Source of the DNA: a virus
Lineage: Duplodnaviria > Caudoviricetes
Strand: one strand, 5' to 3'
Virus record (IMG/VR): IMGVR_UViG_3300027906_000094
Span: 1-29,875 of that record
DNA: 29,875 nucleotides
A model generated the notes under the pieces. That model was not told the DNA's origin. It made no database searches and was given only the letters and a program-made list of their open reading frames with translations. Below, one piece after another: positions 16,943 through 27,822 of this stretch; positions within the stretch are counted from its first letter, which is position 1, and each line of letters starts with the position of its first letter. Position numbers and translations under genes: made by a program.

Positions 16943-18817
16943 ATGACCAGAACAGTCCCAGGATCAGGAGCGAAAATTGAACCACTCTTTAACTCTATTT
17001 TTGGTGTTCGAGACGTTTATGTGGTGGACGGTGGTGCTGGCTATAACAGCTCTGATCCACCTGAATTAAAGATAACCAATTGCGGTACTCCAATTCGTGA
17101 CGCTGTTCTAGAACCTATAATAGAACACGGTCAGATTGCTGCTGTCAAGGTTCTTGATCCTGGTGAAGGATATGATCCTTTTAGAATTGATATAACTACA
17201 GCAGGAAATGGTGTAGGTGCTAAGGCAAAAGCAATACTATGGGAAGAAGATCAATTAGATTCTCAAGGTAATATCGTTGCACCTGCTGGTTCGTTACAAT
17301 ATATTCAAGTATTATCTAACGGAGACGAGTACTTCTCTGATGAAACTACTGCTGAGATAAAGGGTGGTGGTGGATCTGGTGCTGAACTACGTCCTGTAAC
17401 AGGTTTGGTAACTGGTTTGTCATTAGAACAAGCTGGTTCTAATTATGAGATAGGTGATGTTAATATTATTATCGCTGGTGGTGGAGGTCAAGGTGCCACT
17501 GGTGTTACTGAGGTTGATGAATTTGGTATCGTTAAATCTATTGACGTATCTAATCAAGGTGAGTTCTATGAAACTCCACCTATTATTCTATTAAATGGTG
17601 GTGGTGGATCTGGTGGTAAAGCACAGGCAACAGTTGATCTGGGTGCTATTACTAGTATAGACATCACTAATCCTGGTGGTGGTTACTCTTCAGATCCTCA
17701 AGTTCTATTCACTAGAAACACTGACCTTACAAAAGAGTCTAGAAATAGACAGTCATTCAACTCAACACTCTATGATATAACAGGTCTTCTTCAAGATCTT
17801 GATGAGAATGATCAGACTGTATATGTACAGACAACTGCTCCTTATCCAGGCTCAGGTAAAATCCTAGTCGGTAGGGAGGTTATTCGTTATACAGGAAAGA
17901 CACTCACATCCTTTACTGGTTGTGACCGTGCCCTTAACTTTAGATATGATCAGAAAGTAGTATTGGATGGTCTTGCAGATCAAGGTGGTATCTCAGGATA
18001 CAACTTTAATGTAGGAGATAGAGTTACTAGAACTACTGAAAGCTCTAGCAATAAGATTGCTCGTGTTTATGACTGGATTGCAGAAACTCGTTCATTGTAT
18101 CTTGTATTCGAAGTTGATGAATTAGCATTCATTGATGGTGGTTCTTCTCAAGTTAAATCACAGGTGATTGACTTTACTGGTGGTGTTTCATCCGCATCTG
18201 CTACTGGTGTTGCTCCACATAACATTGTTGATTCAGTTGGAAACAACATTGTAACTTTAACAGTACCACTTAATGAGATTCCAGATAAAGCATTCGAAGA
18301 TATTGCTGAACTGGATGGTGCTGGAGATGGTATACCTGACATCATAAACACAGGTACAGATTTTGAAGGTGAGATAAATCTAGATGGTGGTATAGCAGTA
18401 TCACTTTATGGTATTGAAGAAACCCTTGGTGGTACTAACACGACTCTGTTTGCAGTTGGTGACCAAATGACTGATGGTTCATCTCCTCCATTATCACCCA
18501 CAGTATCCGTTGCTGGATCACTTGGTGATGGAGATCTACATTATGCAAAAGTTAAATTTATCTTCCGTAGTCTAGATCCAGGTGCTGCTCAGTATTATAA
18601 CGTTGATGAAACCGTAACAGGTTCTATCACAGGTATAACTGGAACAGTTGAATCTTGGGACTCAGCAACTAAGACATTGACTGTTAAGTCAATTGTAGAA
18701 AATAATGGCAATTCCTTATGGAATTCAAATGAATTAATCACTGGTGCAGGGACTGGTGCTATAGGAACTACTCTAAGAATTGAGTATCCTTCAGCAGTTA
18801 GAAACGAGCCTGATTAA
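16943..18817 (+). CDS. Virion structural protein, probable baseplate wedge component
   Basis: 624-aa ORF with repeated I.V.(D/N)xG.GY...P.(I/V)...GGGG.GA.A motifs typical of cyanomyovirus baseplate proteins. It lies directly upstream of gp8. Confidence 0.7.
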   Translation: MTRTVPGSGAKIEPLFNSIFGVRDVYVVDGGAGYNSSDPPELKITNCGTPIRDAVLEPIIEHGQIAAVKVLDPGEGYDPFRIDITTAGNGVGAKAKAILWEEDQLDSQGNIVAPAGSLQYIQVLSNGDEYFSDETTAEIKGGGGSGAELRPVTGLVTGLSLEQAGSNYEIGDVNIIIAGGGGQGATGVTEVDEFGIVKSIDVSNQGEFYETPPIILLNGGGGSGGKAQATVDLGAITSIDITNPGGGYSSDPQVLFTRNTDLTKESRNRQSFNSTLYDITGLLQDLDENDQTVYVQTTAPYPGSGKILVGREVIRYTGKTLTSFTGCDRALNFRYDQKVVLDGLADQGGISGYNFNVGDRVTRTTESSSNKIARVYDWIAETRSLYLVFEVDELAFIDGGSSQVKSQVIDFTGGVSSASATGVAPHNIVDSVGNNIVTLTVPLNEIPDKAFEDIAELDGAGDGIPDIINTGTDFEGEINLDGGIAVSLYGIEETLGGTNTTLFAVGDQMTDGSSPPLSPTVSVAGSLGDGDLHYAKVKFIFRSLDPGAAQYYNVDETVTGSITGITGTVESWDSATKTLTVKSIVENNGNSLWNSNELITGAGTGAIGTTLRIEYPSAVRNEPD

Positions 18818-18823
18818 ACCCAG

Positions 18824-18831
18824 TATAAATA
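18824..18831 (+). promoter_or_regulatory. T4-type (gp55-dependent) late promoter TATAAATA
   Basis: Exact consensus in the 35-nt intergenic gap, followed by purine-rich AGAGGAAGG and the ATG at 18853. Confidence 0.85.
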
Positions 18832-18852
18832 AGAGGAAGGCACAAGCAGCCA

Positions 18853-20388
18853 ATGGCATTACTTACCGATCAATTTAGGATTTTTACCGCAGAAAAATTC
18901 ATCAAATCGCTTGAAGGTCCCGATAAGAACCAGAGCGATATAGCTGCTGGTGCGAATCGTGATCGTCTGTATGTTTTTATAGGCAGACCTCAAGAATGGG
19001 ATAATGAGAATAACCCACCTACTCCTGTAGATTCTTTTCAGGAGTTTTCTGATAGTTATGATGATATGATCTCGATGAAGCGTGTTCTAGCGAATGACGC
19101 TGTTCAGGTTATACGTCGTATCGACTGGATACCCCCAGAACAAACTACTGGTGGTTTGGGTTATGTGTACGATATGTATCGTCACGATTATTCATCCAGT
19201 AAGACTGCTTCTTCTGGTGCTACTAAACTTTATGACGCAGATTTCTATGTTGTTAACTCTTCATATCAAGCGTATAAGTGTATTTACAATGGTACCTCAC
19301 CTTCCGACCCTAACGGAAAGCCTTCAACAGTTGAACCTACTGGAACTAGTACTTCTATTATTACTACCGCCGATGGTTATCGCTGGAAGTATATGTTTAC
19401 TATTCCCGTCGGTCAGGTACTGAAATTCTTCTCAGGCGATTATATGCCTGTGTTACAAGATACTGCTGTACAATCTGATGCCGTTGGCGGTGAGATTGAC
19501 ACAGTGGTTATACAATCATCTGGTTCTGGTTACAACAATGGTACATACGAAAATATCCCGATCAAGGGAGATGGCACGGGCGGTAGGATCAGTGTCGTTG
19601 TGGACGGCGGTCGCATTGTTAGTGCTACTGTAACCTCTGGTGGTTCTAGTTATTCTTTTGGTAAGGTTATTATTGATGAGATTAATGGTATTGGTGCTGG
19701 TACTGGTAGCGGCGGTGCTATCGATGTCATCATCGCTCCAAAGGGAGGACACGGATCAGACCCAGCCATCGAACTGGGTGGTTTTCGTGTAATGATTAAC
19801 ACGAAGTTTACCTATGATGAAGGATCAGGTGACTTCCCAACTGACAACGATTACCGTCGTATTGGATTGACTCTTAATCCAAGTAAGTACGGTACAGAAG
19901 AATTGGCAGACGCAATTACCTTGTCTGCTACAAACGCTGTGATTTTCTCTCCAGATTTCACAGGTTCATTTAACACTGATGAAATTATTACTCAAACTCG
20001 TACTATTGGTGGTCAGCAAGTGACTGCTAGAGGACGAGTTGTTTCTTGGAATACTACAACTAAGGTTCTGAAATATTATCAGAACAGAGTTGATGGTATC
20101 TTCCCTGAAATCTCTGGTAATAAGACTGTCTTTGATGGAGGTAATACTGTTGTTGGATCTGGATCTGGTACCTCTGCCGACCCAGACATTAACTTCCCAA
20201 TTATTCCTGGTGAAGCAACACGTGTTATTAACAACACTGAATATGATCTTGGTATGTCATTTACATCTGGTTACGCCAAACCAGAAGTGAAAAAGGACTC
20301 AGGTAAAGTCATCTACATAGACAATAGGAGAGCAATCTCCCGTGCTGGCGACCAAATTGAGGACATTAAGATCGTAGTAGAGTTCTAA
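18853..20388 (+). CDS. gp8: Baseplate wedge subunit gp8
   Basis: Characteristic T4-like gp8 motifs: LYVFIGRPQEW, PPTPVDS, DMISMKRV, VIRRIDW, YDMYRHDY, FYVVNS.YQAYKCIYNG, PSTVEPTG, TADGYRWKYMFTIP and C-terminal SGKVIYIDNR..I.R...Q.EDIKIVVEF. Confidence 0.92.
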   Translation: MALLTDQFRIFTAEKFIKSLEGPDKNQSDIAAGANRDRLYVFIGRPQEWDNENNPPTPVDSFQEFSDSYDDMISMKRVLANDAVQVIRRIDWIPPEQTTGGLGYVYDMYRHDYSSSKTASSGATKLYDADFYVVNSSYQAYKCIYNGTSPSDPNGKPSTVEPTGTSTSIITTADGYRWKYMFTIPVGQVLKFFSGDYMPVLQDTAVQSDAVGGEIDTVVIQSSGSGYNNGTYENIPIKGDGTGGRISVVVDGGRIVSATVTSGGSSYSFGKVIIDEINGIGAGTGSGGAIDVIIAPKGGHGSDPAIELGGFRVMINTKFTYDEGSGDFPTDNDYRRIGLTLNPSKYGTEELADAITLSATNAVIFSPDFTGSFNTDEIITQTRTIGGQQVTARGRVVSWNTTTKVLKYYQNRVDGIFPEISGNKTVFDGGNTVVGSGSGTSADPDINFPIIPGEATRVINNTEYDLGMSFTSGYAKPEVKKDSGKVIYIDNRRAISRAGDQIEDIKIVVEF

Positions 20389-20393
20389 AAACA

Positions 20394-23300
20394 ATGCCAC
20401 AGAATACCAATCTGAATATATCGCCCTACTTCGACGATTTCGATAAGGCGAATAACTTTTATAGAGTTTTGTTCCGTCCTGGATATCCTATCCAAGCGAG
20501 AGAACTTACTACTATGCAATCCCTGATGCAAAATCAGGTTGAATCGTTTGGTTCGCATATGTTTAAGGATGGCTCTATGGTCATCCCAGGTCAAATAGGT
20601 TATGACCTAGATGCTAAAGCAGTTATACTTCAAGGATCATTCTTAGGTGCAGACGTTGAGCAATATAGAGAACAGTTAGATGGAAAGATTATCAGTGGTT
20701 TGACTACTGGTGTTAAGGCAAAAATTCTTTTCTCCATCCCTGCTAATATTTCTGAGCGTGGTTATATTACATTATATGTAAAGTATTTGACTTCTGGTGG
20801 TGCAGATTCTTCTACAGGAAGCTTTGTAGATAATGAGCAGTTAATATGTGAGTCTGAAATCACTTATGGTAGTTCTTTGATTGAGATCGGAACTCCATTC
20901 TCACAGTTACTTCCTACTAATTCTACTGCTGTAGGTTCAACTGCATCTATTACTAACGGTGTTTATTTCATTCGTGGTTATTTTGTTGATGTTGTTGATC
21001 AAACAATCATACTTGATCAGTATACAAACTCACCATCTTATAGGGTTGGTCTAGAAATCTTCGAGTCTATTGTAACTCCAGAAGATGACCCTGGTTTAAA
21101 TGACAATGCAACTGGTACTTCTAACTACTCTGCTCCAGGTGGACACAGATTTAGAATTAGAACTAGTCTTGTTAAGAAAGTTATTGACGATGATACAGAT
21201 AAGAACTTTATTGAACTGTTAAGAATCAATAATTCTAACATTGAAACATTTGTAGAGAGAACTGCATATAATGAGATGGCAAGGGAACTTGCCCGTAGGA
21301 CATTTGATGAGTCTGGTGACTATACCGTAAGAGACTTTGACGTGCGTGTCAGAGAGCACAGGAACGACGGTATCAATGGTGGGGTGTATTTACCTGGTAA
21401 GGCATCTCCTGGCGGTGTACTGTCTTCTACTGCCCACTTCTCAGTTGAAGTAGGTCCAGGTAAAGCGTATGTAAGAGGATATGAATCAGAAACTCTTATT
21501 CCTACCTATGTTGACCTAGAGAAATCAAGGACAACTGTTGCATTACAGAACTCTATTATCCCATTTGAACTCGGCAACTTTATGCTGATGAATAATGTGA
21601 AGGGTTCACCTATTGTTAATGGTAACAATATCACAGAGAACTATCAAGTTGTTGAGTTTCGTGATATCAAACCAAACTATAACCTAACCGCTTCAGGTAA
21701 TATAATTGGTTATGGACGTGTTGCATCATTTGAGTATCATAATGGTACTACTGTTAATGCTCAGGCAACCGTATTTAAAGCATATGTGTTTGACTTACAG
21801 CCACTAACACTGATGAAGTTGAGTAATGCTGTAACTCTTGCACAGGGACACGTTATTAGAGGACGTAGTTCTAAAGCAAAAGCATTTGTAGAAGCCGATT
21901 ATAACGGTGTAGATCTAATTAAGGTATACCAAGTCTATGGTACTTTCCGAGACGGTGAAGTTATTGAGCGTGATGGTGTAGAAATTGGTACTGTTAGTGA
22001 TTACTATAAGTACGAAATCACTGATGCTAAAGGTATAACTGGTAAAGACCCTGATACAAACGCTATCATCTTTGCTGGAGACTTCTTATTGGATCAAGAA
22101 ACAGTTATTGCTGGTACTAACTTTAATGTTAGTTCTGGTGGTGCTACTGGTACCTTAACTGGTACACAGTCAAACTTTACCTTAGACTTAAGACCAGGTG
22201 ATGTTTTAACCGTTAATGGTTCTGATGAGCAGCAAATAGATCTCATTAGTATTGTTTCTACTAATATTGATAATCAGATTACTAGTGCTACATCTGCTGC
22301 ATATAGTGGTAACGCTATTGCTGCTGCTAACTATGGTTTCATAGTTCGTCGTAGACCTCAAATCTATGATAATGAGACTGCTGACCTTATGATTGAGATG
22401 CCTAAAGCATCTATAAAGTCAATTGCTGACGAATCAGCAATCGTTGCACGTACCTTTGATGATATAACTGTTACTGGTGCTAATGACTTTACAATCTCTC
22501 TACCTGCTGATGAACAGTTCCTTGCATATGATAAGGATCATTATCAGTTAGTATCACTTGCTCCTACAGCAGGAACAGTGATTGATATGGAGAGCACTCA
22601 TACATTTAATACAACTGGTACACCTAGAACATCTTTAACTGTAACAGGTCTTACTGGTGTTACATCTGCAAGATTGATTACATCAGTTTCTAAGAACCAA
22701 GCAGAGAAGAAGTTAAAGAATGCTACTGAGATGGAAGTTATGAAGGTTGAGCGTACTGCTAACTCTTCTGACAACATCAAATACGGTTTAACATACGGTT
22801 CACTTTATGGAACACGTATTGAGGACGAAGAAGTTTCTTTGGGATCTACTGATGTCTATCGGGTTCACGCTGTCTACGAATCTAATGATGATAATGCTGC
22901 TATTATTCCTCATCTAACGATGCAGGATGCCACCATCTTCCAGAAAGGTACTGTGATAGAAGGTGCAACATCTAAGGCAAAGGCAAGAGTTGTAAACTTT
23001 AACTCTGTTTCATATGTCTGCCACTTTGTTTACGAGAACGATAATTTCTTTGCTCTAGGTGAAACTATTACTGGTTTCGATGCTGCTGGAAATGTTCTTA
23101 TGGGTCTAGTTAATGATGCTGATGGATCTATTAACAATGGTTCACGTAACATTACTGACAACTTCTACCTTGATCCTAACCAGTTAGGTCACTATTATGA
23201 TATTGGTAAACTAATAAGATACAGTTCTGCTAGTGCACCTCTTCGTAAGTTAATGATTGTGTTCAACAGATTCACCCACGAAGCAACGGGTGACTACTTT

Positions 23301-26300
23301 GCTGCACAGTCCTATGTTGGTATCGATTATTCCAACATCCCAAGTATTCAATTTAATGGTGAAACTAGAGAACTCAGAGATGTTCTTGACTTTAGACCTG
23401 CTGTAACTCCTGTATTGTCAGGTTCAGGTACTGTTGGATCACCATACTATGTTAACTGTGCATCACTTGACTTTAAAGATAGAGGATTCTCCTCTGGTGG
23501 TGTATCAAATAACGCTACTATTATTGACATTCCTAAGCCAGAGTCTGACTTCCGTTGTGACTATGACTATTATGTCAGCAGAATTGACAAACTATTCTTA
23601 ACTGATCAGCAACAATTCAAGATCGTTAGGGGTGTTCCAGGTGAGTCTGATGACATACCTGCAAACATTGATAATGCAATGTTACTTGCTACTCTGTATC
23701 ACGAACCTTATGGTTACGGTCCAGAAGGAGTACACATTGTTAGAGAAAACAACCGTCGTTTCACGATGCGTGACATCGGTCTAATTGAAAGACGTGTTGA
23801 TAATCTTGAGTACTACACTGCATTGAACCTACTTGAATTAGAAACTGCATCTCTATCTGTTAAAGACAGTGATGGATTCGATAAGTTTAAGAATGGTTTC
23901 CTTGTAGATGACTTCAGTTCATTCGATTCAGCAGAAACACTTCACGAAGATTTTGCTTGTGCTGTATCTTTTGCAGAAGGTAAGTTACGTGCTTCTCACT
24001 ATACCACTAACGTAGCACTACAATACAGTGCTAGTGGATCTAGTGGAGTTCAAATTCATAATGTTGGTACTTTGACTCTTCCATATGAAGAGAAAGCATT
24101 TATTATCCAACCATATGCATCACGTGTAGAGAATGTAAACCCATTCAACGTGTTTGCTTACATTGGTAGATTAGATTTATTCCCATCATCTGATGACTGG
24201 GTAGATACACGTCGTGCTCCAGACAAAGTTGTAAACTTAGAAGGTGACTTCACTGCACAGGTTCAAAGATTTGGTGGAGACACTAACACAGGTTTCGTTC
24301 CAACTCAATGGAACTCTTGGAGAACTAACTGGACTTCTAACTCCAGTAGAACAGATACCAGAACAATGCGTAGAGGTTCTTGGCCATATATTAGAAGGAT
24401 CACTACAACCACAACTAATACTACTAGATCACAGACAAGATCTGGTATTAGAACTATCATTACTCCACGTGTTGACCGTCAGTCATTAGGAGATAAGACG
24501 ATTGAAAGAACAGTAGTTCCATTCATTCGTTCAAGAAACGTTGCATTTAAGATTCAGCGTCTTAAGCCTAATACAAGATTCTATTCTTTCATTGATAACG
24601 TAGATGTAAACTTCTATACTACACCAAGATTGATTGAAGTTATTAAGAACCCAGTCGATGATACTCGTACTAATAACACACCATTTGTTACTGGTGAAAC
24701 TGTTATTGGACAGACATCTGGATGTAGACTTAAGATAGTTACACCTGAGACAGGATTTGATGATGGACTATCACCTTATGATCAGAGTGAACTACCAACA
24801 TCTTATGCATCTACTACACCATTACTCAACATTGATACTCAAACAATGTCTGAGACAGTTGCTGGTTCTTTCTATGGTAACCCATTAGAGACTGAGATCC
24901 TTGTAGGACAAACCTCTGGTGCACGTGCTGTTGTTAAGACGAAGCGTTTGATTGCAAACACTAATGGTGATATGGAAGGCATTATGTGGATACCTAATCC
25001 AGGTGTTTCCACTAACCCAAGATTTGCAACTGGTACTCGTGTCGTTCGTTTAACAACTTCTGAGACTGACTCTAGGATTCCTGGACAGGTTGACTCTGCT
25101 GCATCTGCTAATTATGTTGCATCTGGAGTTATCGAGACCAAGCAACAGACCATCCTTGCAGTTAGAAATGCAGATATTGTAAGAGATACAGTTGTATCAG
25201 ACAGAGTTGTTAACGACCAGTCTACTGCAACCAGAGACACAGGTTGGTATGACCCACTAGCACAGTCATTCTTAGTAGAATCTAAGGGAGGAGCGTTTTT
25301 AACAGGTGCAGAATTATTCTTTAATACAAAAGATCAGAGAATTCCAGTCTCGGTACAAGTTAGGGAGATGGCTAATGGTTATCCTACCACTAAAGTTCTT
25401 GCTTTCAGTGACGTTACTCTCCTTCCTAGTCAGATAAACTTATCTGAAAATGGAACTGTAGCAACTAAGTTCACGTTCAACTCACCAATATATGTGACTG
25501 AGAACAGAGAATATTGTTTAGTTGTTCTTTCTGACTCTAACGAATTCAAACTTTGGATCTCACGAATGGGTGAGGATGACGTTACTAACGATAGAACGAT
25601 ATCTGAACAGCCTTATGCTGGTGTACTATTCAAGTCACAGAACGCTTCTACGTGGACTGCTGACCAGTACGAAGATCTTAAGTTTAACCTTTATAAAGCA
25701 GAGTTTGCTGAGAATACAAGTGGTACTGCTGTATTCAATAACTCAGAACTAGCGATTGGTAACGGTGGTATCGCCGAACTACGAAGCAACCCAATTAAGA
25801 CTTTAAAACCCCAAATCAAAATTATTCTTTCAGACCATACAGCAAACTATACTATTGGTGCTGAAATCACACAGACAGATACATCACCTGTTCCTTCTGC
25901 TATTATCAGGCAGGTTGTACAAGGTGTACAAGGTTCATCTAACTCTTATCTAATTGTTGATGATGTAAATGGAACCTTCAGAGAAGGTGTACAGTCTGGT
26001 GCTAACTGGATTTATAGATTAGTATCTTCAAGATCACTTGGTGATCTAACACTAACTGGTGTTACAGGAACATTCAATGTTGATGACACCTTAACAAATG
26101 GTACTGGTGCAACTGCTATGGTTACTGGATGGGTATCTGGTACTGGTGTTGTTTCAGTTAAGTCTGTAACAGGAACCTTTGCTGTTGGTGATGCTATCAC
26201 TCAGGATACTGATGGATCTACAACTGGTTCTGGTACTATCGCATCTGGTGGTGTATCTATAACTGGTGATGATATTAATGATTATCCTGCTGCTCCTATC

Positions 26301-27605
26301 TCATACTATAACCAAGCAACTGAGATTACAGTGATGCACGCAAACCATTGTATGCACGATAAGGGTAACAACGTTAAACTTGATGGTGTAATTTCTGAAG
26401 TTGCTCCTACTATCATCGACTCTGCTTACCATACTAATGGTTTGACAGCATCTGATGGTGTTTCTGGTACATTCTCATTACACATTAATGATGCATCTGC
26501 ATTCCATACAACAATAAATGGTGCGGCTGTAGGAACTAGCAACCCAGGTTATCTGGTAATTCGTGATCCTGAAGTAGGACAAAAACACTACGAGATCATT
26601 GAATACAGTGCTATATCTGCTGATGGTAAGATCATTACATTACCTTCAGGTTCACGTGGTAAAGCAGGAACAAGTGCTCTAATACACAGTTCATTAAGTA
26701 TTGTTGAATGTTATAACCTTGATGGCATTCCTCTTGTAGAAATTAATAAGTTACATACTGCTATCGGTTCACCTACATTAGATTCTTATAAGGTTGCAGT
26801 TACATCTGTATCTACCAATGGTATTACTAATGGTGGTTCTGAGATTACTGCAACACAGAACGTTCAGTTCGAACAGTTCTATCCTCAGTTACAGATGAAT
26901 GTCTTCCCAGAGACAGATGTTATTCCTCGTTTGAATGCTGTTAGTGCAACATCTATCACTGATGGTAATAATATTGATGAAGCATCATTCATTAATGATG
27001 GTGTATATCTTGACTGTATTGCTAATGAAGACAACTATCTAACATTCCCTAAACTTGTATGTTCTAAAGTTAATGAGGATGCTAAGTTAAGTGGTTCCAA
27101 GTCACTTACTATGCAATTATTATTGAGTACAGCGAATAAGAATATTACTCCTGTTGTTGACACAGATCGTTGTTCACTCATTACAACATCAAATAGAATT
27201 AATAATCTTACTTCTACTGTTTCTAATGCAGAGAAGAATAGTGGTGATCTAAATGATGCTGTTTACATTACTAAAGTCGTCAATCTTCTACAACCTGCTA
27301 ATACATTGAAGGTTATGTTTGAAGCTTGGAGACATCCTGATACTGAAATTTACGTTATGTATCGTATACAACCCGTTGGTACATCTCTCGCATTCAGTGA
27401 GATAGGATATACATACTTCAATGGGAACGGTATAGAAGATAAATTGGTACAGAAGACTGAAGCTTATCTGCTAAGAGATTTGGAATATACTTATAGTGGT
27501 TCTGAATTTAACGTAGCACAGATTAAGGTTATAATGACTTCTAAGAACCAATCTTATGTTCCTGAGATTAAGAACCTTCGAGTAATGGCATTAAGTGACC
27601 TCTAA
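20394..27605 (+). CDS. Large virion structural protein, VrlC-like / DUF4815 family
   Basis: N-terminus MPQNTNLNISPYFDDFD...FYRVLFRPGYPIQARELTTMQS, plus ELARRTFDESGDY, RRFTMRDIG.IE.RV.NLEYYT.L, DPLAQSF and GVLFKSQNASTWTADQYEDLKF. This family typically follows gp8 in cyanomyoviruses. Confidence 0.88.
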   Translation: MPQNTNLNISPYFDDFDKANNFYRVLFRPGYPIQARELTTMQSLMQNQVESFGSHMFKDGSMVIPGQIGYDLDAKAVILQGSFLGADVEQYREQLDGKIISGLTTGVKAKILFSIPANISERGYITLYVKYLTSGGADSSTGSFVDNEQLICESEITYGSSLIEIGTPFSQLLPTNSTAVGSTASITNGVYFIRGYFVDVVDQTIILDQYTNSPSYRVGLEIFESIVTPEDDPGLNDNATGTSNYSAPGGHRFRIRTSLVKKVIDDDTDKNFIELLRINNSNIETFVERTAYNEMARELARRTFDESGDYTVRDFDVRVREHRNDGINGGVYLPGKASPGGVLSSTAHFSVEVGPGKAYVRGYESETLIPTYVDLEKSRTTVALQNSIIPFELGNFMLMNNVKGSPIVNGNNITENYQVVEFRDIKPNYNLTASGNIIGYGRVASFEYHNGTTVNAQATVFKAYVFDLQPLTLMKLSNAVTLAQGHVIRGRSSKAKAFVEADYNGVDLIKVYQVYGTFRDGEVIERDGVEIGTVSDYYKYEITDAKGITGKDPDTNAIIFAGDFLLDQETVIAGTNFNVSSGGATGTLTGTQSNFTLDLRPGDVLTVNGSDEQQIDLISIVSTNIDNQITSATSAAYSGNAIAAANYGFIVRRRPQIYDNETADLMIEMPKASIKSIADESAIVARTFDDITVTGANDFTISLPADEQFLAYDKDHYQLVSLAPTAGTVIDMESTHTFNTTGTPRTSLTVTGLTGVTSARLITSVSKNQAEKKLKNATEMEVMKVERTANSSDNIKYGLTYGSLYGTRIEDEEVSLGSTDVYRVHAVYESNDDNAAIIPHLTMQDATIFQKGTVIEGATSKAKARVVNFNSVSYVCHFVYENDNFFALGETITGFDAAGNVLMGLVNDADGSINNGSRNITDNFYLDPNQLGHYYDIGKLIRYSSASAPLRKLMIVFNRFTHEATGDYFAAQSYVGIDYSNIPSIQFNGETRELRDVLDFRPAVTPVLSGSGTVGSPYYVNCASLDFKDRGFSSGGVSNNATIIDIPKPESDFRCDYDYYVSRIDKLFLTDQQQFKIVRGVPGESDDIPANIDNAMLLATLYHEPYGYGPEGVHIVRENNRRFTMRDIGLIERRVDNLEYYTALNLLELETASLSVKDSDGFDKFKNGFLVDDFSSFDSAETLHEDFACAVSFAEGKLRASHYTTNVALQYSASGSSGVQIHNVGTLTLPYEEKAFIIQPYASRVENVNPFNVFAYIGRLDLFPSSDDWVDTRRAPDKVVNLEGDFTAQVQRFGGDTNTGFVPTQWNSWRTNWTSNSSRTDTRTMRRGSWPYIRRITTTTTNTTRSQTRSGIRTIITPRVDRQSLGDKTIERTVVPFIRSRNVAFKIQRLKPNTRFYSFIDNVDVNFYTTPRLIEVIKNPVDDTRTNNTPFVTGETVIGQTSGCRLKIVTPETGFDDGLSPYDQSELPTSYASTTPLLNIDTQTMSETVAGSFYGNPLETEILVGQTSGARAVVKTKRLIANTNGDMEGIMWIPNPGVSTNPRFATGTRVVRLTTSETDSRIPGQVDSAASANYVASGVIETKQQTILAVRNADIVRDTVVSDRVVNDQSTATRDTGWYDPLAQSFLVESKGGAFLTGAELFFNTKDQRIPVSVQVREMANGYPTTKVLAFSDVTLLPSQINLSENGTVATKFTFNSPIYVTENREYCLVVLSDSNEFKLWISRMGEDDVTNDRTISEQPYAGVLFKSQNASTWTADQYEDLKFNLYKAEFAENTSGTAVFNNSELAIGNGGIAELRSNPIKTLKPQIKIILSDHTANYTIGAEITQTDTSPVPSAIIRQVVQGVQGSSNSYLIVDDVNGTFREGVQSGANWIYRLVSSRSLGDLTLTGVTGTFNVDDTLTNGTGATAMVTGWVSGTGVVSVKSVTGTFAVGDAITQDTDGSTTGSGTIASGGVSITGDDINDYPAAPISYYNQATEITVMHANHCMHDKGNNVKLDGVISEVAPTIIDSAYHTNGLTASDGVSGTFSLHINDASAFHTTINGAAVGTSNPGYLVIRDPEVGQKHYEIIEYSAISADGKIITLPSGSRGKAGTSALIHSSLSIVECYNLDGIPLVEINKLHTAIGSPTLDSYKVAVTSVSTNGITNGGSEITATQNVQFEQFYPQLQMNVFPETDVIPRLNAVSATSITDGNNIDEASFINDGVYLDCIANEDNYLTFPKLVCSKVNEDAKLSGSKSLTMQLLLSTANKNITPVVDTDRCSLITTSNRINNLTSTVSNAEKNSGDLNDAVYITKVVNLLQPANTLKVMFEAWRHPDTEIYVMYRIQPVGTSLAFSEIGYTYFNGNGIEDKLVQKTEAYLLRDLEYTYSGSEFNVAQIKVIMTSKNQSYVPEIKNLRVMALSDL

Positions 27606-27822
27606 TAGATACTTACACGTGAAGGGTAAACCCGAACTGGTACGGGATACCCGTTCTGGTGCGGTACTAAATACAAAGGAAACACCCCCTGGTACTGCTT
27701 CTAAAGCACGTAAAAAACGGGATGGCAAGATCGACTCTATGCAAGAAGAGCTCGATGTGCTAAAATCTGAGATATCAGAGATTAAGTCCTTACTCATTAA
27801 AAACTTGGAGACAAAATTATGA
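27595..27822 (+). CDS. Small conserved hypothetical protein with C-terminal coiled coil
   Basis: V.G.P.LVRD..SGAVLN...LKSEISEIKSLL resembles the small gene that usually follows the VrlC-like gene. The GTG start overlaps the upstream gene by 11 nt, and the exact start is uncertain. Confidence 0.75.
   Translation: MTSNRYLHVKGKPELVRDTRSGAVLNTKETPPGTASKARKKRDGKIDSMQEELDVLKSEISEIKSLLIKNLETKL

Noticed and set aside
16937-16945. TGATAAATG as a late promoter
   Set aside because: It is explained by tandem stops plus the start codon, and the box would overlap the ATG, leaving no room for a transcript leader.
20394-27605. VrlC label read as a virulence factor
   Set aside because: The name is historical. 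Context and motifs indicate a phage structural protein.
27667-27673. CTAAATA late-promoter-like box
   Set aside because: It lies inside a coding region (Leu-Asn-Thr), mismatches the consensus, and the downstream gene is already coupled by an ATGA overlap.
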